A stretch of DNA of 51,791 nt from Actinomycetota bacterium (GCA_963169255.1 CAUJEJ010000040.1:1-51791), one strand, 5' to 3'; shown: positions 28,492 through 37,721, numbered from the stretch's first letter. Numbers and translations are program-made. The notes: generated by a model from the letters alone, not told the origin.

Positions 28492-29277
28492 GTGAGTGTT
28501 CGTCAAGTTCTGCGCCTGACCGATATCGACTTTGTTCGCGATACCCGGCTCATTCTTTCGGGCGTCAACATGAGTGCCGATGTCGGCGAGCACTGGGCAC
28601 TACTCGGCCCGAATGGCGCAGGCAAGACGACGCTGCTCGCGATGTGCGGTGCAGAGTTGCACCCGACTCGGGGCACTGTTCGGGTGCTGGATCAACAACT
28701 TGGCCGAGTGGATGTGCGGGATCTCCGTCAACTGATCGGCCATGTGAGTCCGCGGCACATGGTGATTTCACCCCTGACGGTTGCCGAGGTCGTGCTGACC
28801 GGTGCGACCGGGACGACGGAACTCATTCCACGTTGGCGTCCAACCGCCGCGACGCTCGCCCGGGTGGACGAGTTGATTGACCTTTTGGGTCTGGGTGCTC
28901 GCAGGGACACGAAATGGCGAGTGTTGTCACAAGGTGAACGGGCGCGGACGCTCATCGCTCGCGCATTGCTCTCGGACCCGCAACTACTTCTACTCGATGA
29001 GCCGACGTCAGGGCTCGACGTTGCTGCGCGGGAACAGTTCCTCACGACCGTCGATGCGCTCCATCGCTCGAGGCCGACGTTGACAACCGTGCTCGTGACG
29101 CATCACCTGGAAGAGCTGCCGAGCACCACGACCCACGCGCTTCTGATCAAAGATGGGTCGGTATTAGCCAGTGGAATCGCACCGGAAGTGCTGACCTCAG
29201 AACTGGTCTCAGCGTGTTTTGCATTCCCTATAGACATCGAGTACCGCAATAGCCGCTGGTTAGCCCGCGCCCGCTAG
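28492..29277 (+). CDS. ABC transporter ATP-binding protein (orphan, YlmA/ModF-like)
   Basis: Walker A GPNGAGKTT, signature LSQGERAR, Walker B LLLLDEP. No adjacent permease. Confidence 0.8.
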   Translation: MSVRQVLRLTDIDFVRDTRLILSGVNMSADVGEHWALLGPNGAGKTTLLAMCGAELHPTRGTVRVLDQQLGRVDVRDLRQLIGHVSPRHMVISPLTVAEVVLTGATGTTELIPRWRPTAATLARVDELIDLLGLGARRDTKWRVLSQGERARTLIARALLSDPQLLLLDEPTSGLDVAAREQFLTTVDALHRSRPTLTTVLVTHHLEELPSTTTHALLIKDGSVLASGIAPEVLTSELVSACFAFPIDIEYRNSRWLARAR

Positions 29278-29315
29278 GGTCTTGCAGCGATCCGGCACGT
29301 CGCGATCATCTTCGG

Positions 29316-30311
29316 ATGAGTAACGCCATTGAAGCCGAACAGCTAGTCAAGATCTACAAAGCGAAGCGGGGCTCGCAGGAGGTCCGCGCGCTCGACGGCG
29401 TCAACTTGAGCGTTCCCGAGGGCACCGTCTTGGGTCTACTTGGACCAAACGGCGCTGGCAAGACAACCACGGTCCGGATCCTGACGACGCTGCTTCGCCC
29501 GGATGGTGGCAAGGCGACTGTTGGCGGCTTCGATGTGGTTGAGCAGTCGAAGGACGTACGGCGCATCATTGGTCTGTCCGGCCAGTACGCGGCCGTTGAT
29601 GAGAACCTCACCGGCTGGGAAAACCTGTACATGTTCGGCCGCCTGTACGAGCTACCGAAGTCGGAGACGAAGAAGCGTGTCGACGAACTCCTCGAACAGT
29701 TCAACTTGACCGACGCCGGCGCCCGCACGATCAAGACATACTCCGGCGGAATGCGGCGACGTTTGGACTTGGCTGGTGCGCTGATTGGGCACCCAAAGAT
29801 CTTGTTTCTCGATGAACCGACGACCGGGCTAGACCCGCGGAGTCGGCTCGCCATGTGGGACGTCATTCGAGGATTGGTGAGCGACGGCACGACGCTGCTG
29901 CTGACGACGCAGTACCTCGAGGAAGCCGACGAACTCGCAGACAAGATTGCTGTGGTCGATAACGGCACGATCATCGCGAAGGGCACGTCCGACGAACTCA
30001 AAGCGCAGGTCGGAGGGGAACGGGTCGAGGTCGTGCTGGCTGACGGTTCGCGGTTGGCGGAGGCTGCCACGCTGCTTGAGCCGCTGAGTGTGGGGGAGAT
30101 CGAGCGCGAAGAGCGGACGAGAAGAATCGTCTGTCCGAGCCGCGGAGGTTCAAAGAAGGTGATCGCGGCGGCACAGATCTTGGATGACCATGGGATCGAG
30201 GTCGAGGACATCGCGTTGCGCCGACCAAGCCTTGATGACGTATTCCTCACGCTGACGGGTCGTCGTGCAGAAGAAATTGATTCCGATGATGAAGACGGAG
30301 ATGTGGCATGA
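29316..30311 (+). CDS. ABC-2 type exporter ATP-binding protein (DrrA-like)
   Basis: GPNGAGKTTT, YSGGMRRRLDLA and ILFLDEPTTGLD. ATGA overlap with the permease gene. Confidence 0.88.
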   Translation: MSNAIEAEQLVKIYKAKRGSQEVRALDGVNLSVPEGTVLGLLGPNGAGKTTTVRILTTLLRPDGGKATVGGFDVVEQSKDVRRIIGLSGQYAAVDENLTGWENLYMFGRLYELPKSETKKRVDELLEQFNLTDAGARTIKTYSGGMRRRLDLAGALIGHPKILFLDEPTTGLDPRSRLAMWDVIRGLVSDGTTLLLTTQYLEEADELADKIAVVDNGTIIAKGTSDELKAQVGGERVEVVLADGSRLAEAATLLEPLSVGEIEREERTRRIVCPSRGGSKKVIAAAQILDDHGIEVEDIALRRPSLDDVFLTLTGRRAEEIDSDDEDGDVA

Positions 30312-31108
30312 GTGTCCTTGAATCGGGCCCAGTCTCCGACGCGCTGATCATCACCTGGCGCAACCTCAAGCGGATTCCGCGGATCCCCGAACTGGCGATC
30401 TTCGCGGTCCTGCAGTCGATCATGTTCGTGCTGCTGTTCGCCTACGTGTTCGGCGGCGCGATTCCGCTGCCTGGTGGGGGCAGTTACAACGAATTCCTGA
30501 TGCCTGGGATCTTCGTTCAGACGATTGCCTTCGCCTCGGCAACTACCGCGATCGGCGTCGCTGACGACATGGGCAAGGGGTTGATCGATCGGTTCCGATC
30601 ACTGCCGATGGCGCGATCGGCCGTGTTGACCGGTCGCACTGTCGCCGACGTTATCTACCAAGCCGGCATCCTGGTCGTGCTGATGTTGGCGGGGCTCGTT
30701 GTGGGCTGGCGGGTAAACAATGGTTTCGCAAAGTTCATGTTCGCGGTTGTCTTGTTGCTGGCATTCGCGTACGTCATGGCCTGGATCGGCGTGTGGATTG
30801 GGTTGTCGGTACCGAATACCGAAACTGCGCAGCAACTGACGTTCGTGACGATTTTCCCGTTGACCTTCATCTCCAACGTCTTCGTGCCGCCAGCATCACT
30901 GCCGGCCGTCTTGCAGCCGATCGCTGAGTGGAACCCCGTCAGTACGTTGACGGCGTCGTGTCGGGAGCTCTTCGGCAATCCGAACCCGACGATCGGCACG
31001 GCCTTTCCAAGTCAGCATCCGATCGAAGTGACGATCATTTGGGCGATCGTGCTGATCGCAATCTTTGCCCCGCTCGCGGTCCGCAAGTACCGGAATACCA
31101 GTCGCTAG
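30308..31108 (+). CDS. ABC-2 type transporter permease (DrrB-like)
   Basis: 266 aa with six predicted TM helices, translationally coupled to the DrrA-like ATPase. Confidence 0.85.
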   Translation: MSVLESGPVSDALIITWRNLKRIPRIPELAIFAVLQSIMFVLLFAYVFGGAIPLPGGGSYNEFLMPGIFVQTIAFASATTAIGVADDMGKGLIDRFRSLPMARSAVLTGRTVADVIYQAGILVVLMLAGLVVGWRVNNGFAKFMFAVVLLLAFAYVMAWIGVWIGLSVPNTETAQQLTFVTIFPLTFISNVFVPPASLPAVLQPIAEWNPVSTLTASCRELFGNPNPTIGTAFPSQHPIEVTIIWAIVLIAIFAPLAVRKYRNTSR

Positions 31109-31169
31109 CGGCTCGGCCGAGTGCGATGAGTACCTCGGGACCTTGCATGACCTGACTTGTCAAGGCAGG

Positions 31170-31198
31170 TTGACGTGACGCAGGTGTCAAGCTATCTT
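31170..31198 (+). promoter_or_regulatory. sigma-70-type promoter with overlapping operator-like inverted repeats
   Basis: TTGACG (31170-75), 17-nt spacer, TATCTT (31193-98), ending 8 nt before ATG 31207 (leaderless-type). It is embedded in CTTGTCAAG (31156-64), TTGAC-N11-GTCAA (31170-90) and GTCAAG-N4-CTTGAC (31186-31201). Confidence 0.55.
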
Positions 31199-31206
31199 GA
31201 CGGTGT

Positions 31207-31449
31207 ATGAGGTTCACCGACAGCGCGTTGAACCACTGTGCGAAGGAAGACATTGAACATGCCATCCGCAACGTCATCAGGTTCAAGGCTAATCATCGGG
31301 AAGGAGTCGACTTCTACATTGGCCCTGCGCGATCAGGTCAACTACTTGAGATCCTTGTCAACGTCGAGCACGACGAAGCTGAGGTGTTCCATGCAGACAA
31401 GCTCAGGGCGACGCTGGCGAGGCAGATGAACATGAGGAACGAGAGATAG
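31207..31449 (+). CDS. small toxin-like protein, family not recognised
   Basis: 80 aa (MRFTDSALNHCAKEDIEHAIRNV...GQLLEILVNVEHDEAEVFHADKLR). It is the first gene of a 3-nt-spaced pair in a lower-GC islet. Confidence 0.45.
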   Translation: MRFTDSALNHCAKEDIEHAIRNVIRFKANHREGVDFYIGPARSGQLLEILVNVEHDEAEVFHADKLRATLARQMNMRNER

Positions 31450-31452
31450 CCA

Positions 31453-31707
31453 ATGACAACGACCGCGAAGACCTCCGATCATCAAACAGCTGTGGATGCC
31501 CTCGACGATGTTGATATCGACGACATGGATGATCCCGCTGACCTGCGCCGAATCGGTGCTGTTGTACTCAAACTGCATGAAGGTGAGAGCGAGCTAGAAG
31601 CCGCCGTCGCCGCTGCGGTTGCTCAGGGACGAAGTTGGAGTGCAATTGGCAATGCGCTTGGCGTGACTCGGCAAGCGGCACATGCGAGGTTCAGCAAGAC
31701 CCGGTGA
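31453..31707 (+). CDS. small HTH protein, antitoxin-like
   Basis: 84 aa with an acidic N-terminal half (DALDDVDIDDMDDPAD) and a C-terminal HTH-like segment GRSWSAIGNALGVTRQAAHARFSK. Confidence 0.5.
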   Translation: MTTTAKTSDHQTAVDALDDVDIDDMDDPADLRRIGAVVLKLHEGESELEAAVAAAVAQGRSWSAIGNALGVTRQAAHARFSKTR

Positions 31708-31996
31708 ACGGGCCCCTAGTAGCGGGACGTCGCGCTAGTGCGCACGACGACCGTTAAATGCCGCCGCCCCCACCTACTGGCGGGGGCAGCTAAGACATCG
31801 GGCGCAGCGATCAAGCGTGCGAAAAGCGGCCTCGTTGGCCGTACCCTCTGCGTGGGTTGTACGCCGCGTGGGTGCTTCGCCCGGTGCTTTCGACCCTCTG
31901 GTCGATTACACACTCAGTATCGTCTGCGGCCGATGAGAACTGAAGGGCCAAAGGACCTATTCACTCGATCGCCTGCACATTTGTCGCCAATGGTTC

Positions 31997-32803
31997 TTAG
32001 TGGCGACGACGGCGTGCGTACCAGGCGAGGCCTAACGCAGCGGCGCCGACCGCTGCGCCTGCTGCACGGTTGCGGGTGTGGGTCTCGCGGGTAGCCATTG
32101 CCACGGGCTTGCGGAAGTCGAGGACGGGCCAGACGCGGTCCTTCGCGATCGCGCGTAACTCTTTGTCAGGGTTCGTCGCCACCGGGTGTCCCACGGCTTC
32201 GAGCATCGGGAGGTCAGTTGCCGAATCGGAATACGCGTAGCACTGCGCGAGGTCGTAGCCCTCTTCAGCGGCGAGCGAGCGGATCGCTTCAGCCTTACCT
32301 TCACCGTACGCGTAGAACAGGATCTCGCCGGTGTACTTGCCGTCCTCGATCGCGACCTGAGTTCCGATCGCCTTGTCGGCGCCGAGCCGTTCGCAGATCG
32401 GTTCGATGATCTCGGTCCCCGATGACGAGATGACGATGACGTCGCGGCCCGCGGCGTGGTGTTCGTCGAAGAGCGTCAGTGCCTCCGAATAAACGATCGG
32501 TTCGATGACTTTGGCGAGTGCTTCGCCGGTGATCGCGCTGACCTGCGCAACGTCCCAGCCCGCAACGAGTTGCGACATGTACGCGCGCATCTGATCCATC
32601 TGCTGAGCGTTCGCGCCGCCCACGAGGTACATGAACTGTCCGTACGCGCTGCGCATCAAATCTTGGCGCGTGAGCATTCCGCTTTCGTAGAGCGGCTTTG
32701 CGTATGCGAGCGTGCTCGACTTCGCGAGCAGCGTCTTATCAAGGTCGAAGAATGCGGCTGCTTTGGCCATCGTGGGCGCCCCCTTTTTTGAACGAGATCC
32801 CAT
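31997..32803 (-). CDS. HAD-IB family hydrolase (SerB-like, Rv3661-like)
   Basis: DLDKTL motif I (FFDLDKTLL), motif II S (ISSSG), and YSDSATDLPML (motif IV). C-terminal TM/Arg-rich tail. Confidence 0.85.
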   Translation of the reverse strand: MGSRSKKGAPTMAKAAAFFDLDKTLLAKSSTLAYAKPLYESGMLTRQDLMRSAYGQFMYLVGGANAQQMDQMRAYMSQLVAGWDVAQVSAITGEALAKVIEPIVYSEALTLFDEHHAAGRDVIVISSSGTEIIEPICERLGADKAIGTQVAIEDGKYTGEILFYAYGEGKAEAIRSLAAEEGYDLAQCYAYSDSATDLPMLEAVGHPVATNPDKELRAIAKDRVWPVLDFRKPVAMATRETHTRNRAAGAAVGAAALGLAWYARRRRH

Positions 32804-32964
32804 TCTGTACCGGCACGAAAGAGTGGGCTGACACAGGGAGTTATGCCCGTGTTGTGAGTCTCATCAAACCTCTGATGGTGAACTAGTCAACCTTTCGTGC
32901 GACTCGCCGTAGGCCCGATCGGCTGATTGCGTTGCACAACGTAAGGGATTGGGTACATACTGAC

Positions 32965-33052
32965 ACCGCTCGGTCACGTACCGACCACACCGACGTCCCC
33001 CCACGTCGGTATTGAAGGCCCCCGCTCCCCCCAGCGGGGGCCTTCCTCGTTA
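32965..33052 (+). ncRNA. 6C sRNA (mycobacterial B11 homologue)
   Basis: Two adjacent hairpins each have a CCCCCC loop: ACCGACGT-CCCCCC-ACGTCGGT (32989-33010) and GAAGGCCCCCGCT-CCCCCC-AGCGGGGGCCTTC (33014-33045). A candidate promoter is TTGCAC (32932)-18 nt-CATACT (32956). It lies between the HAD gene and ssd, where I recall 6C/B11 lying in M. tuberculosis (Rv3661/Rv3660c). Confidence 0.7.
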
Positions 33053-33169
33053 ACTGCTGGCCCGGACTCTGGACCACATTCTTTTCCACAGGCGCATGCA
33101 TGCCCGTGTTATCCACAGCGGACGCCTAGTCCACGTCGGTGCACCGATGTTTCCGCCCATTGTTGGCCT

Positions 33170-34300
33170 ATGACGAATGAGCAGGATGAGCGCCCGCTGC
33201 TTGCGACAGATGACGTTGAACTCCTTGACGACGTGCTCCGGCTTGCGGCGGCGGCCGGGGTGGAACCCGTCGTCGTCAACACTGTCGCGGCACTGCGCAG
33301 CAGGTGGTCGCGGCATTGTTTGGTGGTGGTCGGGTGGGACCTCGCCGATGAACTCACCGCCGACTACGTGCCCCGTCGGGAATCGGTCGTGCTCGCGACC
33401 AGGGGAGCCGCTGATCCAGCGGCTGGTTGGCGGGCAGCAGCGCACCTCGGAGCGGACCAGGTGGCGGTGTTGCCGCAGGCGGAGTCGTGGTTGATCGACC
33501 GCTTCGCGGGCATCGGCGTACGCGGCCGGATGCCCGCGCCGGTTGTCGCATTCCTCGGCGGTTGCGGTGGTGCGGGCTCGAGCTCTCTGGCAGTCGGCGT
33601 TGCGGTCGCGGGCACCGAGCTTGGGCAAACTGTGACCGCAATTGACCTCGATCCACTCGGGACCGGAATTGAGCTGATGCTCGGCCAGGATCATCCGACT
33701 GGATTGGCGTGGTGCGACCTGGCGAATACCCGTGGTCGACTGCGCGGGGACGCGGTGCGCGCTTCTCTGCCGGATGTCGGCGGCGTTCGGGTCCTGGGGT
33801 GGGGAAATGCTGCGCCCCAGGATTTGGCACCCGGATCGGCAGGCGCAGCGGTGGACGGTCTGGCGCGAAGTTGTGACCTCGTCGTGGTCGATCTTCCACG
33901 GGAGCTCGGTGAGACATCTGCGGAGGTGCTGTGCCGCGCCACGTTGGTTGTGTTGACCTGTCCCAGAACGAGCGCCGCGGTGGCGGCAGCATCGCGATTG
34001 CTGTCCCTCGGTCACCTTCGGAACCAGCCGGTCCAGCTCGCGACTCGCGGTCCTAGTCCGGCAGGGATCAGCGCACTCGACGTTGTTGAGACTCTCGATC
34101 TCCCGCTGCTGTGCGACGTCGCGGCGGACCCGGGTGTCGCGCGGCGCGTGGAGCGAGGGTCGGTGCCGATTGGTCGCCGGGGCGGATTGCGGGTTGCGAG
34201 CAACGCGGTCTTGCGTGAATTGACGATTCCGGCCGTGCCGCACGCTTCAGAGCGTTCCAGTCAACGTGGCGGAGCAGCTGCCTTCGGTGGTGCGGCATGA
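33170..34300 (+). CDS. ssd: septum site-determining protein Ssd / CpaE(TadZ)-like ATPase of the Tad locus
   Basis: 376 aa with a receiver-like N-terminal region and a deviant P-loop FLGGCGGAGSSSLAV. It is followed by the tadA/B/C genes (Rv3660c synteny). Confidence 0.82.
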   Translation: MTNEQDERPLLATDDVELLDDVLRLAAAAGVEPVVVNTVAALRSRWSRHCLVVVGWDLADELTADYVPRRESVVLATRGAADPAAGWRAAAHLGADQVAVLPQAESWLIDRFAGIGVRGRMPAPVVAFLGGCGGAGSSSLAVGVAVAGTELGQTVTAIDLDPLGTGIELMLGQDHPTGLAWCDLANTRGRLRGDAVRASLPDVGGVRVLGWGNAAPQDLAPGSAGAAVDGLARSCDLVVVDLPRELGETSAEVLCRATLVVLTCPRTSAAVAAASRLLSLGHLRNQPVQLATRGPSPAGISALDVVETLDLPLLCDVAADPGVARRVERGSVPIGRRGGLRVASNAVLRELTIPAVPHASERSSQRGGAAAFGGAA

Positions 34301-35496
34301 GGGGAACGTCTGCTGCCACACCACCGCTCGGACGCCATGTGGCGACAATCCCAGAGTCACTCGTCGACCGAGTGCGTGACCGACTCGCCACTGCTGGACA
34401 TCCAGCGACGCCGTCGCGGGTCGCCGAGGCGCTCGCCGCCGAAGGTGAAGTGCTCGGCGACGCGGCCGTACTCGATGTGGTGATCGCACTCCGCAGCGAG
34501 CTCGCCGGCGCTGGTCCGCTGGAGGCATTGCTGCGGCAAGAACGCGTGACCGATGTGTTGGTGAACGGCCCAGAGTCGGTCTGGGTCGATCGTGGCTCCG
34601 GCTTGGAGCGTTCGCCAATTTCATTTCGAGACGAGGCTGCAGTTCGACGGCTGGCGCAGCGGTTGGCAGCAAGTGCGAACCGCCGACTCGATGAGGCAAC
34701 ACCCTACGTCGATGCCAGGCTCCCCGACGGCGCTCGGCTCCACGCGATCTTGCCTCCGGTTGCGCCTCGGGGTACCTGTATTTCGCTGCGGATTCCGCAA
34801 CGCCGAGCGTTCGCGCTCGATGACCTCGTGGACCTGGGAACGATTCCTGCCGCCGGAGCTCGATGGCTGGGAGCGCTGGTCGAATCTCGGGCAGCGTTCT
34901 TGGTGAGCGGCGGAACTGGATCGGGAAAGACGACCCTGCTCTCCGCGTTGTTGTCCCTTGCCGCGCCTTCGGAACGGACGCTGATCGTCGAGGATTCCGG
35001 CGAACTCGATCCAGATCACGAGCACGTCGTCCGGCTTGAAGTTCGCCCGGCGAACGTGGAAGGCACGGGCCACGTGAGCATGCGCGATTTGGTACGGCAG
35101 GCGCTTCGAATGAGGCCGGACCGCCTGGTCGTTGGTGAAGTCCGCGGGGCAGAGGTGGTCGATTTGCTAGCGGCGCTCAACACCGGACACGAAGGTGGTT
35201 GCGGCACGCTGCATGCCAACTCCGCGAAGGACGTTCCCGCTCGGCTTGAAGCGCTTGCCCTCGCGGCTGGTCTTGGCCGAGAGGCGCTGCACTCCCAGGT
35301 CGCAGCTGGGCTCGACGCCGTCATTCACATTGAGCGCGACCGCCGGGGCAACCGTCGGATTGCTGGGATTCACAGCCTCGACCGCGAGGGCGACGGACTT
35401 GTTGTCGCATCGCCTGCCGTCGTCTTCGAACCGGGAGGTGTCGTGCTGGCCTCGCACGGCGAACTCTTGGCCGCCCGGATCGGACTTGACGAATGA
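34297..35496 (+). CDS. tadA: TadA/CpaF-family secretion ATPase
   Basis: Walker A SGGTGSGKTTLLSAL, Asp box, Walker B RLVVGEVRG, His box GCGTLHANS. ATGA overlap with ssd. Confidence 0.9.
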   Translation: MRGTSAATPPLGRHVATIPESLVDRVRDRLATAGHPATPSRVAEALAAEGEVLGDAAVLDVVIALRSELAGAGPLEALLRQERVTDVLVNGPESVWVDRGSGLERSPISFRDEAAVRRLAQRLAASANRRLDEATPYVDARLPDGARLHAILPPVAPRGTCISLRIPQRRAFALDDLVDLGTIPAAGARWLGALVESRAAFLVSGGTGSGKTTLLSALLSLAAPSERTLIVEDSGELDPDHEHVVRLEVRPANVEGTGHVSMRDLVRQALRMRPDRLVVGEVRGAEVVDLLAALNTGHEGGCGTLHANSAKDVPARLEALALAAGLGREALHSQVAAGLDAVIHIERDRRGNRRIAGIHSLDREGDGLVVASPAVVFEPGGVVLASHGELLAARIGLDE

Positions 35497-36221
35497 CTCC
35501 GATAATCGCAGCGGGACTCATTGCGATTGCCGTGTACCTGATGATGCCCATGGGATTCCGGCGTCGGGTGATCGCACCGCGCGTTCAATCAGTCGACGAG
35601 ATTGCGCTTGCGAGGGAAGCCTCAACGATCGTTGCGAAGCTCCAACGCACGGTGGAACATCGGTGGCGGCGCAAGCGGAGGCAACAGGCGTGGCAGTCGG
35701 CGGCGACCGAACTGGTCGCTGCCTTTTCCGCGGAGCTTCGTGCGGGGCAACCCGTGCGGCAGGCATTCGTGCGGGCGCAACGTTCAAGTCCGGTGCCCGT
35801 GGCAGCGCACGCCGTGGCAGTGGCAGAACTCGGCGGCGATGTCCCACGCGCATTACGGGTTGAGGCCGCGCGCACGGGCTTACCGATCCTCAACTCATTG
35901 GCCGCGCTGTGGCGGGTGGCAGAAGGTAGCGGTGCTGGGTTGGCCCAGGCAGCAGATCGGCTCGCGATCGCCGAGTCGGCTGCGGCGCAGGCCCGGGCCG
36001 AGGTTGCGGCGCAGTTGGCGAGCCCACGAGCAACCGCGAAGGTGCTGGCGGGTCTGCCACTTGTCGGAGTGATGCTCGGCAGTGGACTAGGTGCATCGCC
36101 GGTCGCATGGCTCCTCGGATCGGTGTGGGGTGTCATGGTGTTGACGGTCGGTCTGGGCCTAGAAGTCCTCGGGCTTTGGTGGATCGCTCGCCTGACCAAT
36201 AGTGTTGAGCGGTTGTTGTGA
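35493..36221 (+). CDS. type II secretion system F-family protein (TadB-like)
   Basis: 242 aa with an N-terminal TM helix, a T2SSF-like helical domain and C-terminal TM helices. ATGA overlap with tadA. Confidence 0.8.
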   Translation: MTPIIAAGLIAIAVYLMMPMGFRRRVIAPRVQSVDEIALAREASTIVAKLQRTVEHRWRRKRRQQAWQSAATELVAAFSAELRAGQPVRQAFVRAQRSSPVPVAAHAVAVAELGGDVPRALRVEAARTGLPILNSLAALWRVAEGSGAGLAQAADRLAIAESAAAQARAEVAAQLASPRATAKVLAGLPLVGVMLGSGLGASPVAWLLGSVWGVMVLTVGLGLEVLGLWWIARLTNSVERLL

Positions 36222-36994
36222 CCTCGCAGCACATCGTCGCCGCGATGCTGTTTGCCTTCGCGGTGTACCTGCTTACCGCTGTTGCGCCGACGACCCGCCG
36301 ACTCGAAACTGCTAGTCGGCGACGCGAACTGCAATCGGTTTCGCCGCGCCAATCGAACTCGGGTGCCGGACCCGATGGAGCAGGCCAGGTGAGCTCCAAA
36401 CAGTGGGCAATACCGAGTTGCCTGCTGTGCGCCGCAGTTGCGTGGCTTTTGATCGGCGGGCTCGTCGGCATTGTGGTTGCAGTTGGGATCGCCGTGATTG
36501 GGCCACGCGTCCTCGCTCGCCTGGAACCGGCAGGCACCCGTGCGAACCGCCTTGCGCTCGAGGCTGCGGCGCCGATGGTCGCCGACCTTCTTGCGGCGTG
36601 TTTGGCCTCGGGCGCCTCCACAGCGGTGGCGACCAAGGCGACTGCTGAGGCCCTGGGCGGCCCGGTTGCTGATGTGTTGAACCAGTGCGTCACCCAGTTC
36701 AATCTGGGCGCAAGCGCTGACAGGGTGTGGAAGCCGATCTCCGATGAACCTGCGCTCGCTCCAATCGCACGAGCGATTCTGCGGTCCGCGCAGACCGGTG
36801 CCCCATTGACTTCGGTCTTGCTGCGCGTGGCTGATGACCTGCGCCTCACCAGGCGGACGCAGCTAGAACAGGCCGCGAAGACCGTCGGGGTGAAGGCGGT
36901 CGCGCCGTTGGGCCTGTGTTTCCTCCCAGCCTTCATGTTGCTGGGTGTAGTGCCGCTGATTGCGAGCCTGATCACCGCTGGAATCTCCGGTTGA
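36218..36994 (+). CDS. type II secretion system F-family protein (TadC-like)
   Basis: 258 aa with the same architecture as the preceding gene. GTGA overlap. Confidence 0.8.
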   Translation: MTSQHIVAAMLFAFAVYLLTAVAPTTRRLETASRRRELQSVSPRQSNSGAGPDGAGQVSSKQWAIPSCLLCAAVAWLLIGGLVGIVVAVGIAVIGPRVLARLEPAGTRANRLALEAAAPMVADLLAACLASGASTAVATKATAEALGGPVADVLNQCVTQFNLGASADRVWKPISDEPALAPIARAILRSAQTGAPLTSVLLRVADDLRLTRRTQLEQAAKTVGVKAVAPLGLCFLPAFMLLGVVPLIASLITAGISG

Positions 36995-37164
36995 TTCTTT
37001 CCACACCCCAACTCGCGCGCTGAGCTGTCCACAAAACGATCTTGAGGCGCAACGCGCTCAACCTGAATCCGGCCAATCTGATGTCGTGCAGGCAACGCCG
37101 GCACCGGGGGTCAATCAGACCGCTGTCACCACACGGCATTCGCCGTGGGACACCAGGAGGACAG

Positions 37165-37347
37165 ATGGGGCAAAAGCTCGTTCGAATCGTTCACGAAGAC
37201 GACGGAATGTCGACCGCGGAGTACGCAGTGGGCACAGTGGCGGCAGCCGGATTCGGTGGTCTGCTGTTGAAGCTGCTCACCAGCCCGGACGTTCAGGATC
37301 TGCTGTGGAGCGTCGTCACGCGCGCTTTCTCATGGATCGGCGGATAG
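37165..37347 (+). CDS. Flp-type pilin-like protein (DUF4244 class)
   Basis: AGGAGG lies 5 nt before ATG 37165. Sequence MGQKLVRIVHEDDG-MSTAEYAVGTVAAAGFGGLLLKLL: a G/xxxxEY prepilin-like processing motif followed by a hydrophobic helix. Confidence 0.75.
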   Translation: MGQKLVRIVHEDDGMSTAEYAVGTVAAAGFGGLLLKLLTSPDVQDLLWSVVTRAFSWIGG

Positions 37348-37721
37348 CGGGTCGCGGTGGGGGTCGGGGCATTCGCCCCGGCTTCCGCCGCGACCGAGGG
37401 ATGGTGACCGCCGAGCTCGCGGTCGGGATCATGTCCGTCGTCGTGGTTCTCGCGATGGTGCTTGCGGCAGTGGGAATTGGGATCGCGCACGTGCGGACAC
37501 AGGAGGCAGCCCGGGCGGGAGCCAGAGCAGCAGCCCGGGGTGACAGCAGTGGGAATATTCGGTCTATTGCTCAAAAGGCGATGCCTGGGTCGCGGGTCAA
37601 GATCAGTCGTGGCGCTGATCGAGTGTCCGTCGAGGTGGCGATCAAGGTGACCGTGCCGTTCCTGCGTGGTGCGGGTGTGAATGTCGCCGCAACGTCCACG
37701 GCCGAGGAAGAGCCGTTATGA
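37332..37721 (+). CDS. TadE-like pseudopilin (Rv3655c-like); start uncertain (alternative ATG 37401)
   Basis: RDRGMVTAELAVGIMSVVVVLAMVL is a TadE-type N terminus. It overlaps the flp stop. Confidence 0.65.
   Translation: MDRRIAGRGGGRGIRPGFRRDRGMVTAELAVGIMSVVVVLAMVLAAVGIGIAHVRTQEAARAGARAAARGDSSGNIRSIAQKAMPGSRVKISRGADRVSVEVAIKVTVPFLRGAGVNVAATSTAEEEPL

Noticed and set aside
29354-30250. 298-aa minus-strand ORF opposite the DrrA-like ABC ATPase
   Set aside because: Ser/Arg/Pro-rich shadow ORF. The plus strand carries intact Walker A, signature and Walker B motifs.
32843-33110. 11-nt direct repeat ATGCCCGTGTT flanking the 6C sRNA (32843 and 33100)
   Set aside because: By rough estimate, a few 11-mer repeats within 300 nt are expected by chance in a window of this size. 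There is no other hallmark of a mobile insertion.
33109-33117. Perfect E. coli-type DnaA box TTATCCACA upstream of ssd
   Set aside because: It is a single copy with no clustered boxes or AT-rich unwinding element. One such 9-mer is roughly expected by chance in 2 x 52 kb, and oriC should lie near dnaA/dnaN.
33050-34243. 397-aa minus-strand ORF covering ssd and the 6C region
   Set aside because: It is Arg/Pro-rich with no recognisable domain. The plus strand encodes an Ssd/CpaE-like protein in conserved Tad synteny. The ORF would also run through the 6C hairpins.
36133-37104. 323-aa minus-strand ORF opposite tadC (similar long antisense ORFs occur at 35585-36352, 21000-21743 and 44289-44966)
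   Set aside because: These have low-complexity Ala/Arg/Ser composition and lie antisense to genes supported by motifs and synteny.
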